Position numbers and translations under genes: made by a program. A DNA stretch of 64,000 bases, taken from Candidatus Woykebacteria bacterium RBG_13_40_15 (GTDB lineage: Bacteria > Patescibacteriota > Microgenomatia > Woykebacterales > RBG-16-39-9b). Every line of letters starts with the position of its first letter. Within the stretch, counting starts at the first letter, position 1. The notes under the pieces were generated by a model. It was not told the DNA's origin. It saw only the letters and a program-made list of their open reading frames with translations, and did not search any database. The stretch covers positions 6,485 through 70,484 of the forward strand of contig MHCP01000015.1 in NCBI GenBank assembly GCA_001816655.1, read 5' to 3'. Positions 18,823 to 27,800 of this stretch are shown here, piece after piece.

Positions 18823-21681
18823 TTACACTGCTGGCACTACAAGTGGGCTACCGTTTCCCCTAGGCACCCACTTCCTGCCATAATACTGCCCTTGCTCCAA
18901 GAGATAGGGAATTGTTCCCCCAACTATCTTTATCTCCTCGTTGGTCCATCTACCCTCAATGTCTAAGAGAACCTTCTCGGGACTCGTTCTCCCAAAATTG
19001 AGAGCTGCGGCTCCAAGCAACGGCTGGACAACTTCCTTCGCAACCGTCTGTATATCCTCCCACTCTTCAAACGTACCGTCCATGATCTTCCCTGCGATCA
19101 AACCCTGTGCCTTTTCCGGGCTCTGCTGGTAGTAGTTGAAGCCAAGGACCTTGGCCAAGCGGCTCTGAGCTAGGAAACTAGCCGATTGTTTAGGGAGCCT
19201 GATCACATGGAATCTCTTTGCTTGCTGTACCTTTGGATCGTGGATGCTTAGCCCCCGACGATATGCCCCTTCCAGCAAACGAAGCGCCATTGGAAGGCTG
19301 GCTTGCTTAAGCTCGCCATCATTGCCATTGGCCAACTCTATCAGCACAGCATCTGCGAAATCGTCGGCTACCTCAAGCCTTTTTGCAGCGAAGTTGCGCC
19401 AGTCCGGCCGACCATCTCCCTCAAGCCATGGCTGTCCTGCCAAATCCGCTCGGTATCCTTTACGGAGATCGGTTTCCCCCATGTCCTCATTTTCTTGGGC
19501 TTGCCTATCTATCAGGGCTTGCTTAGGAGCGAGTGGCTGTCTATTCCACATGAGTAACAGCATATTCCCAAATTGGGTGTAGCTGGGTCTAGCTGGGTCG
19601 TTGCTGGTCCAGCGACTAAACCGGACATTTTCTTCCGACCCAAAAGCCATGGGCGAGCGGAATCTCTGGTTCGTTTTATCCACGAGGGACATGAATACAA
19701 TCCCATCGTAGGTTTCCCACAGCCATTTGGGATCGTCCGTAGCCAGGTCTATTTTCTGGAGGGCCCAGAGGAACTCGTTGGGGTAGTTCATTACCTTCGC
19801 CAAATCTCTGTCCACCCCAGTTGCACCTCGGGGTGGAAGAACCCCCCAAATCGCTTGGCCGCAATAGCTCCAGATCATCTCCAAACCCGACTGAAAAGCC
19901 AAGTGAGCATCAAAGATCTCCCTAGCTAGGGAGTTTCCGTGGTCTCTTTCCTCAAAGGGATCCTTCATCATCCAGTAGGGACCGAGGATCCTTTCTCTCA
20001 CAGCCTGGATCGTCTCTTCCTCCGTCGGCGCTCTGTTGTCGTGGCCTTCTTTCCACCCCGCTAACCAGCGCGGACCGAGATACTCTAACCGCTCCTCTTG
20101 GCTCCTTCCGCTCACCTCTTCGGCGAGCTTGTAGAGCCGCATGAAACGATCGTTGTACTTCCACTCAAGTGGCGGCCGTGGCCCTCCAGCGTCATTGTCG
20201 CACGCTTGGGCGTTCACTGCTTCAGTAAGGCCTCCCTGACCACGCTTTGTACGCATGCTCCTCGCCATCTGCCAGGCTCTAATGATTCGGACGATGTCGC
20301 GCAAGACCTCGAAAGGCGCGGCGAACATCTTCATTGCCTCCCAATTCAACCCATCCGGGGTAAGGACCGGAGGCTCAATCAGGTGGAAGTAAAAGCCAAC
20401 CAGTGTCCATAGCTTGTCGGCCTTTTGCTCCCAGGTAACGGCTTGTATGTTCCAGACTGATTGCCAGATCTTCCTGAGCTGGTTTAGCTCCGTTAGGTTC
20501 ATCCAGTCGTATTCCTCATTGAGAAGATTCTCGAAGCCGCCCTGAACAGGAAGACAACTTAGGGCAGCCCTGACCGGATCAACCTCTAGGGCATCGAAGT
20601 CTGCTTCTGGGCCCGCCCCACTCTCTTGGAACTTTGTTCGTTCCTGTTCCTTTATCTTCTGCAGGCCTTCGTAGACCTGCCGAGCAGTAACAAACTCCAA
20701 TGCCACCTCAAGGTGAACGCGGTAGTAAAGCGCCCCCTCGGTTTCCAGCCAGCCGGGTACGCAAAGCTTGCCCCCTATTTTCATAAATGGCAGGGGCGGT
20801 GGAACATCCTCAGTCTCTGGATCGTACCGCTCTTTGATTAGAGAGGGGTCCCGAAGAGCTCTGAGGAGGTCGAAATCCAAAGAGTCCCCTGTGACTGGAT
20901 TGGCGTAGCCTCTGTAGCAGTAGGGGACATACGTCTTCTCCTTAGGCCGCCTTTCCACGCTAGCAGGGTCTCTGCGGTAGTCCTCGATTAGCTTCCACCT
21001 CCTCTCCAACTCCTCGTTGTACCGCTTTTCCAACCGGGCCTTTGGCACCATGTGGAACGGTTGGCGAGGGCTTTGGGAGTAGGCCTCTTCTATAATCGGG
21101 GTCAGGACCCAGTAGCGAACTCGCTGAATTTCACCTAGGAATTTGTAGGTTTCGTCTCCGAGAGAGAACGTGTGGAATTTTCTATATGCCTTTCTCTCCC
21201 TACTGCCCTCCTCTCCACTCTGGAGACGTTTTTCGTAGTGCTCCCCCCATCTCTCCTGATGGGTAGCGAAGGCCCCCCTCATTCCCTCTGGCAAGTGGCC
21301 CAAGAACATCGGCTCGCCCTTCACCATACGGTAGATGTTGCCTTTATCATCCAGAAGGACGTGGGCTTTTTTTCCCTTCTTAGGCGACCACTCAAGGTCC
21401 AGCCTTTTGTACAAACTTTCCAGATCCTGTGGCTTCGTGGTCCTCCACATCCATACCGGCACGTAGATTCGGATCCCCTTCTGTGAGAAGAACTCCAGTA
21501 GCCTGTCGATTATCCTTGTCGTTATGGCTTGAAGTAGTGCCCACTCAGAGCTGAAGGGAAACCTTCTGCCTCCCGCATAGTCTTCGTCCTGCAACCAAGT
21601 CCTGTCGGTTACCCGAACACCGCTTGTGGCAGCTTGTTCCTCTTCCTCTTCTTGAAAGTCCGTGTCGTTCATCATTGTCAT
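18823..21681 (-). CDS. 952-aa orphan protein, GC-richer than flanks
   Basis: Long intact ORF with SD AAGGAG; no motif recognised. Confidence 0.8.
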   Translation of the reverse strand: MTMMNDTDFQEEEEEQAATSGVRVTDRTWLQDEDYAGGRRFPFSSEWALLQAITTRIIDRLLEFFSQKGIRIYVPVWMWRTTKPQDLESLYKRLDLEWSPKKGKKAHVLLDDKGNIYRMVKGEPMFLGHLPEGMRGAFATHQERWGEHYEKRLQSGEEGSRERKAYRKFHTFSLGDETYKFLGEIQRVRYWVLTPIIEEAYSQSPRQPFHMVPKARLEKRYNEELERRWKLIEDYRRDPASVERRPKEKTYVPYCYRGYANPVTGDSLDFDLLRALRDPSLIKERYDPETEDVPPPLPFMKIGGKLCVPGWLETEGALYYRVHLEVALEFVTARQVYEGLQKIKEQERTKFQESGAGPEADFDALEVDPVRAALSCLPVQGGFENLLNEEYDWMNLTELNQLRKIWQSVWNIQAVTWEQKADKLWTLVGFYFHLIEPPVLTPDGLNWEAMKMFAAPFEVLRDIVRIIRAWQMARSMRTKRGQGGLTEAVNAQACDNDAGGPRPPLEWKYNDRFMRLYKLAEEVSGRSQEERLEYLGPRWLAGWKEGHDNRAPTEEETIQAVRERILGPYWMMKDPFEERDHGNSLAREIFDAHLAFQSGLEMIWSYCGQAIWGVLPPRGATGVDRDLAKVMNYPNEFLWALQKIDLATDDPKWLWETYDGIVFMSLVDKTNQRFRSPMAFGSEENVRFSRWTSNDPARPSYTQFGNMLLLMWNRQPLAPKQALIDRQAQENEDMGETDLRKGYRADLAGQPWLEGDGRPDWRNFAAKRLEVADDFADAVLIELANGNDGELKQASLPMALRLLEGAYRRGLSIHDPKVQQAKRFHVIRLPKQSASFLAQSRLAKVLGFNYYQQSPEKAQGLIAGKIMDGTFEEWEDIQTVAKEVVQPLLGAAALNFGRTSPEKVLLDIEGRWTNEEIKIVGGTIPYLLEQGQYYGRKWVPRGNGSPLVVPAV

Positions 21682-21689
21682 TTGTCGTT

Positions 21690-21880
21690 CTCCTTGGTGT
21701 GTTTTAATGCCGCTTTCGCAGCTTCTTTAAGTGGTTGTATTCAAACTCCGCTTGACGCGATGCGTCTGCGGAAGGGAATTGAATCAAACCCACTTGGTGA
21801 AGCGCAAAAAGCAGCTCACACCAAGGGGTGTCTACCCGCCGGCCGGCGGGCAAGCATCCCTTGGTGTTTTTCACCAAGAA
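21690..21880 (-). promoter_or_regulatory. Structured 5' leader with candidate RBS-sequestering switch
   Basis: Nested stems 21793-21801/21870-21878 and 21818-21827/21858-21867; alternative pairing 21817-21826/21692-21701. Confidence 0.6.
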
Positions 21881-21963
21881 GCTATACCGAATTAAGAATT
21901 TATAATTCAGAATGCAGAATTTCTCCTTCTTTATTTTCGAATATTTACTTTTTAAAGTTCTAC

Positions 21964-22004
21964 AAAAAGATAAGCGGGCTCTAGGTATTTCCCAGAGCCC
22001 GCTT
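21964..22004 (-). terminator. Intrinsic terminator within leader (attenuator)
   Basis: AAGCGGGCTCTGGG-AAATA-CCTAGAGCCCGCTT followed by ATCTTTTTG. Confidence 0.75.
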
Positions 22005-22034
22005 CACCACCAGCCACCGGCTGATGTCTCGCCA

Positions 22035-22091
22035 TTACGGCGAGATCTGCTCTGGGCTTTTCTCAATGATTAATTTGAAGCTAAATTTCAT
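22035..22091 (-). CDS. Candidate leader peptide MKFSFKLIIEKSPEQISP
   Basis: GAGG upstream of ATG, just after a promoter; overlaps antiterminator arm. Confidence 0.4.
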   Translation of the reverse strand: MKFSFKLIIEKSPEQISP

Positions 22092-22110
22092 TTTAAATTT
22101 CCTCGTGCTT

Positions 22111-22139
22111 ATTCTAGCACAAATCGTTGAGTTTGTCAA
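22111..22139 (-). promoter_or_regulatory. Sigma70 promoter
   Basis: TTGACA-17-TAGAAT. Confidence 0.8.
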
Positions 22140-22364
22140 ACCTATAGTCACTCGACTACATCTCGCGCCTGTTTCTCTGCGAGATATAATACGCAAGTAT
22201 TACCTGCCCGACGCTAAAGCTTTGGCAGGCGGGCATTCTGCGTATTGTTTCCTTGCAGGATATAATAATCCGTCTCCTTTACTTTATTTTTGATCTATTT
22301 TGAACTGGTTGCTTTTACCAACCAAATAGTCAATAATAGTGGGCGAAGAAGAGGGACGATATTA

Positions 22365-22393
22365 CAGTAAGCAGAAAGCAGTAAGCAGTAAGC
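22365..22393 (+). repeat. Heptamer repeat (CAGTAAG/CAGAAAG)n
   Basis: Four tandem units upstream of the four-helix-bundle gene. Confidence 0.8.
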
Positions 22394-22469
22394 GGGTTGG
22401 AACTAAAAATCAACTTTGCTAGCTGCTACAAGTTTTCTACAAAGTGCCTCGGCAGAGAGCAGAAAGCAG

Positions 22470-22847
22470 ATGCCCAACAGTTCGAGTTTCGAAAAAATAA
22501 AGGCTTGGCAAAAAGGTCATCTATTAGCCTTGGAGGTTTACAAAGTTACCAAGTCGTTTCCGCGGGAAGAGGCTTTCGGTCTAACATCTCAGTTACAACG
22601 TGCTGCAATATCCGTCCCCACCAACATAGCAGAAGGTTACGCAAGACAAAATAATAAGGTCTTTGGAACATTTTTAGATACGGCTTACGCGTCGCTAGTT
22701 GAAATTAAGTATTTATTAAAGTTTTCTGCAGAGGTTGGTTATATTTCGAAACAAAATTTTATTAAATTAGAATCTTTAGCTGACGAGGTCGGCAAGGTTC
22801 TTTGGAAATTTATGAAGGAGGTAAAATCAGTAAGCAGTAATCGGTAA
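22470..22847 (+). CDS. Four helix bundle protein (23S rRNA IVS/bAvd-like family)
   Basis: FEKIKAWQK, FPREEAFGLTSQLQRAAISVPTNIAEG. Confidence 0.93.
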   Translation: MPNSSSFEKIKAWQKGHLLALEVYKVTKSFPREEAFGLTSQLQRAAISVPTNIAEGYARQNNKVFGTFLDTAYASLVEIKYLLKFSAEVGYISKQNFIKLESLADEVGKVLWKFMKEVKSVSSNR

Positions 22848-22885
22848 GCCTAATTGGAAAGCAGAAAGCAAACGCTAATTGTTAT

Positions 22886-22935
22886 CTGCTAACTAACGGG
22901 TGCTAACTGTTCAACTGCTAACTGCTAACTGACTG
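22886..22935 (+). repeat. Heptamer repeat (CTGCTAA)n, inverse of upstream repeat
   Basis: CTGCTAACTGCTAACTG. Confidence 0.8.
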
Positions 22936-23459
22936 TGCAGCAGCATCCTGTACCGCAAAACATAACTGGCTTTGAGTTTAAACTGATTGGCTTTCTGACT
23001 ATAAAGCAGTTTGCTTATTTGGCGGGGGCTTCTATCCTCTCTTTTGCTTGCTATTTTATATTGCCCGGCCTTTTGCGTTGGATGATTATCTTACCAGTTA
23101 TGGCGGCGGGAAGTGCTTTTGCCTTTCTGTCCCTAAACGGTATGTCTTTCGACAAATGGATCATTGCCTTTATCCGATTGATAAGCAACCCCCAGATAAG
23201 AGTTTGGAGAAAAACACCTAAGGTTATTAGCTTTCTAGCCCCAGAATTTTCCTACTATTTACGCCGAGGAGTAGAAGCGGCACAACCCACTCAAGCACCA
23301 AGCAAAGATCGTCTTAAACTCTTTGTTAGCCAACTTCAGGAACAAAAGCCAGAGGATCAGTTGGACGTTTTTGAAAAAAGCCGGCTCTCAAAGTTAAATT
23401 TTGCTGCCCGAGAGACTCCCCAAACACCTATACCGGACCAGGAAGGAGTGGCCCCTTAG
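22935..23459 (+). CDS. PrgI family protein
   Basis: HPVPQNITGFEFKLIGFLTIKQF, two TM helices, P..RVWRK. Confidence 0.85.
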   Translation: MQQHPVPQNITGFEFKLIGFLTIKQFAYLAGASILSFACYFILPGLLRWMIILPVMAAGSAFAFLSLNGMSFDKWIIAFIRLISNPQIRVWRKTPKVISFLAPEFSYYLRRGVEAAQPTQAPSKDRLKLFVSQLQEQKPEDQLDVFEKSRLSKLNFAARETPQTPIPDQEGVAP

Positions 23460-25262
23460 ATGACTGATATAACTGTCCCTCTAACAAGGGTCGGTAACCT
23501 TACTTCTGATCTACCGGAAAAAGCACCACCCTACCCAGGGGAAGCCCTCGCGGGAAGGTCTCCAAAGAGATTAGTCGAGGAGCAAAAAACAGGAGACTTG
23601 AAACTAGCATCCGCAACGCCTTTTAAACCAGTCGCTTCGATAAATTATCCGGAGAAAAATATTTACGTCGCGCCGCTTAATAATGTTCAGCCTAGCCGTG
23701 GCTTGAACCCAGTTGGTAGCCGAGGAGTGGTTTCCTTACCTATTCAGGGCGAGAGGGTTTTTGAAATCGAGGACGCAATCAGAAAGCCTGTTGAAGCACG
23801 TATCGAAAAACTTTTATCCCAATACGAGTCTCCACCCGTGGAGCAGGTAAAACCTCTACTCCCCCCACAAGGGCCTCCTCCTGTAGGAACGGGGGAAACA
23901 ACTGAGCAAGCTAAGACGGAGCTAGAGAACATTAAAGAGGCGGTTCGCAACGAGCTGCTAAAAAAGGGCGGCAAAGATCAAACCTTGACACCGATCCCGT
24001 CTGGGACGCCAGCAGCTACTGCCCCAGTGGCTGTTCCTTCAGCTTCGTCGCCGCAAATACAATCCCCACAAACAGCAACGATCCCAGCGGAGCAACAGCC
24101 AAGCGCGCCAAGCATTATATCTATACCTACGCCAACAGCGCCCAAGCAGGATGAAACTGAGATCCACAAACGGGTGGAGCCGCCTCAACCAGAACAGATT
24201 GTATCGCCACCAACAGAAGCGGCCAAAATTGGGCCTCCTACAACTCAAACCGCCCCCTTGCAGACAACTCCACCACCAGGCGAATCGGCGACAAGTAAGC
24301 TTTTTTCGGAGGCGGAAAAATTGCAAACTGAGCTAGCTAATTTACAAAAGGAAGTTTCGGAACAAAAGTTGGGGGGAAAAGGCGAGGGAACCGCGCAAGT
24401 CGGCGCCCCTACAACCCCCTCTTCTATTCCTGTTTCTATGCCTGTTCCCAATATTGTTGTTGCTCCTACTCCTCCCCAACCTACCCCTGTAACTACCCCT
24501 CCGGCTCAAAAATCTGCTCAAGATGAACAGATTAGGAGGCTAGTTACTGAGAGGTCGGAGCTACTTAAGCAAATTAATGATCTTAGCAGCAAGCTTCAGG
24601 ACGAGAAAACCCAAAAACAGACTGCGCAAGAGGATGCAGACTCATTTCGGAAAAAAACCAGCACCTTGGAGAAGGAAAAGGCCGATATTTTAGGGCAAAG
24701 CGAGGCTATTAAAGCAGACTTAGTGAAAAACCAGCAGGTCCCTACTTCAACGGAGGGCCTCCCTAAGGAAATAGAAAATCTACGCTCCCGCCTTTTAGTG
24801 GCTGAGCAAGCGAAAAAGGTAGACGAAGAAAAAATAAACCAACTAGAAGATTTAATTGCTGGGGCAAAGCAAATACCGCAAGGAAAAGTCGATCTAGTTG
24901 AACCGGAAAAAGCTAAGAGTGTAGAAACTTTATCTAAGCAGGGTGTAGTTAAAGTTGTTAAACCCGACCTTGCAGTTGGGAAAATGGCTCCTTCGTTGAC
25001 AAGCGCCCCCAATGTAATAAATGGCATCGTTCGGGACAAGGGGGGATTGCTTCTTTCAAATGTAATTATAGTCGTAAAGGATAGTACGGGCGACCCGGTA
25101 AGGGCCTTGAAGACGAATAAGATTGGTCAGTTTGCAATTTCGACGCCCCTACCAAATGGCACATATATTATGGAGCTAGAATCGACAACTAATAATTTTA
25201 ATAATATTCAGGTGGAACTCAAAGGCGAGGTATTGCCACCAATAGAGATAAAGGCTACCTAA
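23460..25262 (+). CDS. Pro-rich/coiled-coil protein with C-terminal carboxypeptidase-regulatory-like beta domain
   Basis: PNVINGIVRD...RALKTNKIGQFAISTPLPNGTY. Confidence 0.7.
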   Translation: MTDITVPLTRVGNLTSDLPEKAPPYPGEALAGRSPKRLVEEQKTGDLKLASATPFKPVASINYPEKNIYVAPLNNVQPSRGLNPVGSRGVVSLPIQGERVFEIEDAIRKPVEARIEKLLSQYESPPVEQVKPLLPPQGPPPVGTGETTEQAKTELENIKEAVRNELLKKGGKDQTLTPIPSGTPAATAPVAVPSASSPQIQSPQTATIPAEQQPSAPSIISIPTPTAPKQDETEIHKRVEPPQPEQIVSPPTEAAKIGPPTTQTAPLQTTPPPGESATSKLFSEAEKLQTELANLQKEVSEQKLGGKGEGTAQVGAPTTPSSIPVSMPVPNIVVAPTPPQPTPVTTPPAQKSAQDEQIRRLVTERSELLKQINDLSSKLQDEKTQKQTAQEDADSFRKKTSTLEKEKADILGQSEAIKADLVKNQQVPTSTEGLPKEIENLRSRLLVAEQAKKVDEEKINQLEDLIAGAKQIPQGKVDLVEPEKAKSVETLSKQGVVKVVKPDLAVGKMAPSLTSAPNVINGIVRDKGGLLLSNVIIVVKDSTGDPVRALKTNKIGQFAISTPLPNGTYIMELESTTNNFNNIQVELKGEVLPPIEIKAT

Positions 25263-25982
25263 ATGGCTAAACCAAAAAGAATACCACTAACTCAAGAGCA
25301 TTTGGATATCGAAGATATTCGAGATGATGTTGTTATTCTAAAAAGTGGGACCGCGGCTGCGGTTCTCCAAACAACTGCTATTAATTTTGATTTACTGAGC
25401 GAACAGGAGCAAGATTCAGTCATTTTTGCATTTGCGGGCTTACTAAATTCTATAACCTACCCCATTCAAGTGTTGATACGCAGTAAAAGAGTTGATATTT
25501 CCAATTACATATTAAGGATCGCCGAGGCAAAGAGGAAAACCCATAATCAAAGCTTGGTCTCCCAAATTGAAAAATACGAAAACTTTATTAAGGATCTCGT
25601 ATCAAAAAACCAGGTTCTTGACAAGAGATTTTATGTAATAATCCCTTATTTTAATATTGAGCTTTCTCAATTAACTGGGGGTCTGGGATCAATTTTCCAC
25701 CCAAAGGCCGTCAAAGAGCATAAATGGGCCACTTTGGAAAAAGCGAAGGTAAATTTGGAACCAAAAGTGGAGCACCTCATAAAGCAATTTTCGCGGCTTG
25801 GGGTAAAAACTATCCGTTTAACAACCGAGGAGCTAGTTGAACTTTATTATGATCTTTACAATGCTGATATCGCGCGCGAGGAGAAAGCGGCGCTTGGAAC
25901 CAAAGAATATACGACACCAATAGTTGAGCCAAAAATTACACCCGTAGCAACTCCGCCAGCAGAGGAAGGGGTCAAACAGTAA
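25263..25982 (+). CDS. VirB4-associated protein (TraC N-terminal-like)
   Basis: TQEHLDIEDIRDD, INFDLLSEQEQ, KRFYVIIP; precedes VirB4. Confidence 0.7.
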   Translation: MAKPKRIPLTQEHLDIEDIRDDVVILKSGTAAAVLQTTAINFDLLSEQEQDSVIFAFAGLLNSITYPIQVLIRSKRVDISNYILRIAEAKRKTHNQSLVSQIEKYENFIKDLVSKNQVLDKRFYVIIPYFNIELSQLTGGLGSIFHPKAVKEHKWATLEKAKVNLEPKVEHLIKQFSRLGVKTIRLTTEELVELYYDLYNADIAREEKAALGTKEYTTPIVEPKITPVATPPAEEGVKQ

Positions 25983-25985
25983 TCC

Positions 25986-27800
25986 ATGACATTTAATATT
26001 TTTGGAAAAAAACAAAAAACACAACCAGAAAATCCCAATCTACAAAGTACCCGAGACAAAACCGCGAGATTCCTTGGTACTGGAATGGTTGATGTAAAGG
26101 ATGTTATTGCACCAGCAGCAATACAGGTCGAGTTTGATCATGTAAAAATCGGCGAAACATATTTTAGAACCCTTTTAGTTGCTGGTTACCCCAGATTTAT
26201 AGGAGCTAACTGGCTTGCCCCTTTAATCAACTTTGATCACACTCTTGATCTTTCCTTTTTCTACTACCCTGTAGAAACCAGGGGTATTTTAAGCGATCTG
26301 AGACGTAAAATAGCAGAAATGGAAGCAACAATCGAATCTGATTTGGAATCTGGTAGGGTCCTTGATCCAGCCATTAGGGCCTCCCTTGAAGATGCCCAAG
26401 AGTTGCAGGAGCAGCTGGCTACTGGAATTGAAAGGTTTTTTCAGTTTTCCTTTTATATCAAAATACCCGCAAATAGTTTGGAGGAATTAAATAAAATAAC
26501 GCGGGAGGTGGAAGCTGTTGCTGGATCCTTGTTGATAATAACTAAACACGCAAGCTTGCAACAAGAGCAGGGATTTCAAAATACCTTACCTTACTTTTCC
26601 GACAAATTATTCTCAATTAGAAACATGGATACAATAAGTCTTGCCACAACCTTCCCCTTTACAAGTTCCGAATTAACGGCAGACGAGGGTGTCCTCTACG
26701 GAATAAATGAGCATAATGGATCCCTAGTTATTTTTGACCGTTTCTCGCTAGAAAATGCTAACAGTGTTGTTTTTGCAAAATCGGGAGCAGGAAAAAGCTA
26801 TCTAGTTAAGTTGGAGGCTTTGCGCTCTTTAATGTTTGGTACCGAAATAATCATCATCGACCCTGAAGATGAGTACAAAGATCTAGCGGTGACCATCGGC
26901 GGTGAATATATAAAATTCGCCCAAAATCAGCCGGCAAAAATTAACCCATTTGACCTTTCCGGAATCTATGAAGAAGGGGAGAATGAGCTTGGATTAAAGA
27001 TCTTATCCCTTCACGCTCTTTTTCGAATAATGTTAGGGGAACTTACTCCTACCGAAGATGCCATTCTTGATCGGGCCTTAATAACTACTTATAAACTCAA
27101 GGGGGTTACTCCAGATCCTGCAACACAAACTAAAGAACCTCCAATTTTGGCCGATTTATACAATGTGCTGCAGAATATGGCGGAGTCTTCAGCAAGGGAA
27201 ATGGCGCAAAGGCTGGAAAAATTCATAAAAGGCTCGCTCTCTGGTATTTTTGACCAGCCTAGTACAGTTAACTTGTCCAACTCATTCACAGTTTTCTCCA
27301 TTAGAGAGCTCGAAGACGAGCTGCGTCCTATTGCTATGTTCATTGTCCTTGATCATATCTGGACTAAGATTAAGAGGGATAGAAAAAAGAGACTTCTTGT
27401 AGTGGACGAGGCTTGGTATTTAATGAAATACCAAGATTCTGCTTCATTTATGTATTCTATGGCAAAGAGGGCTCGTAAATACAACTTGGGGGTAACAACT
27501 ATCACGCAGGATGTTGAGGATTTTTTGAACAGTGACTACGGTAAAGCAATTGTTACGAACTCTTCCATCCAAGTTTTGCTTAAGCAGAGCCCGGCTGCAA
27601 TTGATAAAATTGTTGAAGTATTTTATTTATCGGCTGGTGAAAAAAATCTTTTACTTTCGTCAGATATTGGTGAGGGGCTGTTCTTTGTAGGCCCCAATCA
27701 TGTAGCAATTAGGATCCAGGCGTCGCCTGATGAACACATGCTTTTAACACGCGGGCAGCAAACTCCCAAACCCACGGAAGAGCCGCCTAAGGCTCAATAA
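25986..27800 (+). CDS. VirB4/TraC-like ATPase
   Basis: AKSGAGKS Walker A, IIDPEDEY, VVDEAW Walker B, RARKY...ITQ. Confidence 0.92.
   Translation: MTFNIFGKKQKTQPENPNLQSTRDKTARFLGTGMVDVKDVIAPAAIQVEFDHVKIGETYFRTLLVAGYPRFIGANWLAPLINFDHTLDLSFFYYPVETRGILSDLRRKIAEMEATIESDLESGRVLDPAIRASLEDAQELQEQLATGIERFFQFSFYIKIPANSLEELNKITREVEAVAGSLLIITKHASLQQEQGFQNTLPYFSDKLFSIRNMDTISLATTFPFTSSELTADEGVLYGINEHNGSLVIFDRFSLENANSVVFAKSGAGKSYLVKLEALRSLMFGTEIIIIDPEDEYKDLAVTIGGEYIKFAQNQPAKINPFDLSGIYEEGENELGLKILSLHALFRIMLGELTPTEDAILDRALITTYKLKGVTPDPATQTKEPPILADLYNVLQNMAESSAREMAQRLEKFIKGSLSGIFDQPSTVNLSNSFTVFSIRELEDELRPIAMFIVLDHIWTKIKRDRKKRLLVVDEAWYLMKYQDSASFMYSMAKRARKYNLGVTTITQDVEDFLNSDYGKAIVTNSSIQVLLKQSPAAIDKIVEVFYLSAGEKNLLLSSDIGEGLFFVGPNHVAIRIQASPDEHMLLTRGQQTPKPTEEPPKAQ

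Noticed and set aside
21634-22293. + strand ORFs of 116 and 89 aa
   Set aside because: They lie antisense to a promoter and structured leader; atypical composition.
9263-27800. Integrative conjugative element or prophage
   Set aside because: No integrase, relaxase, att repeats or phage structural genes; composition mostly matches the host.
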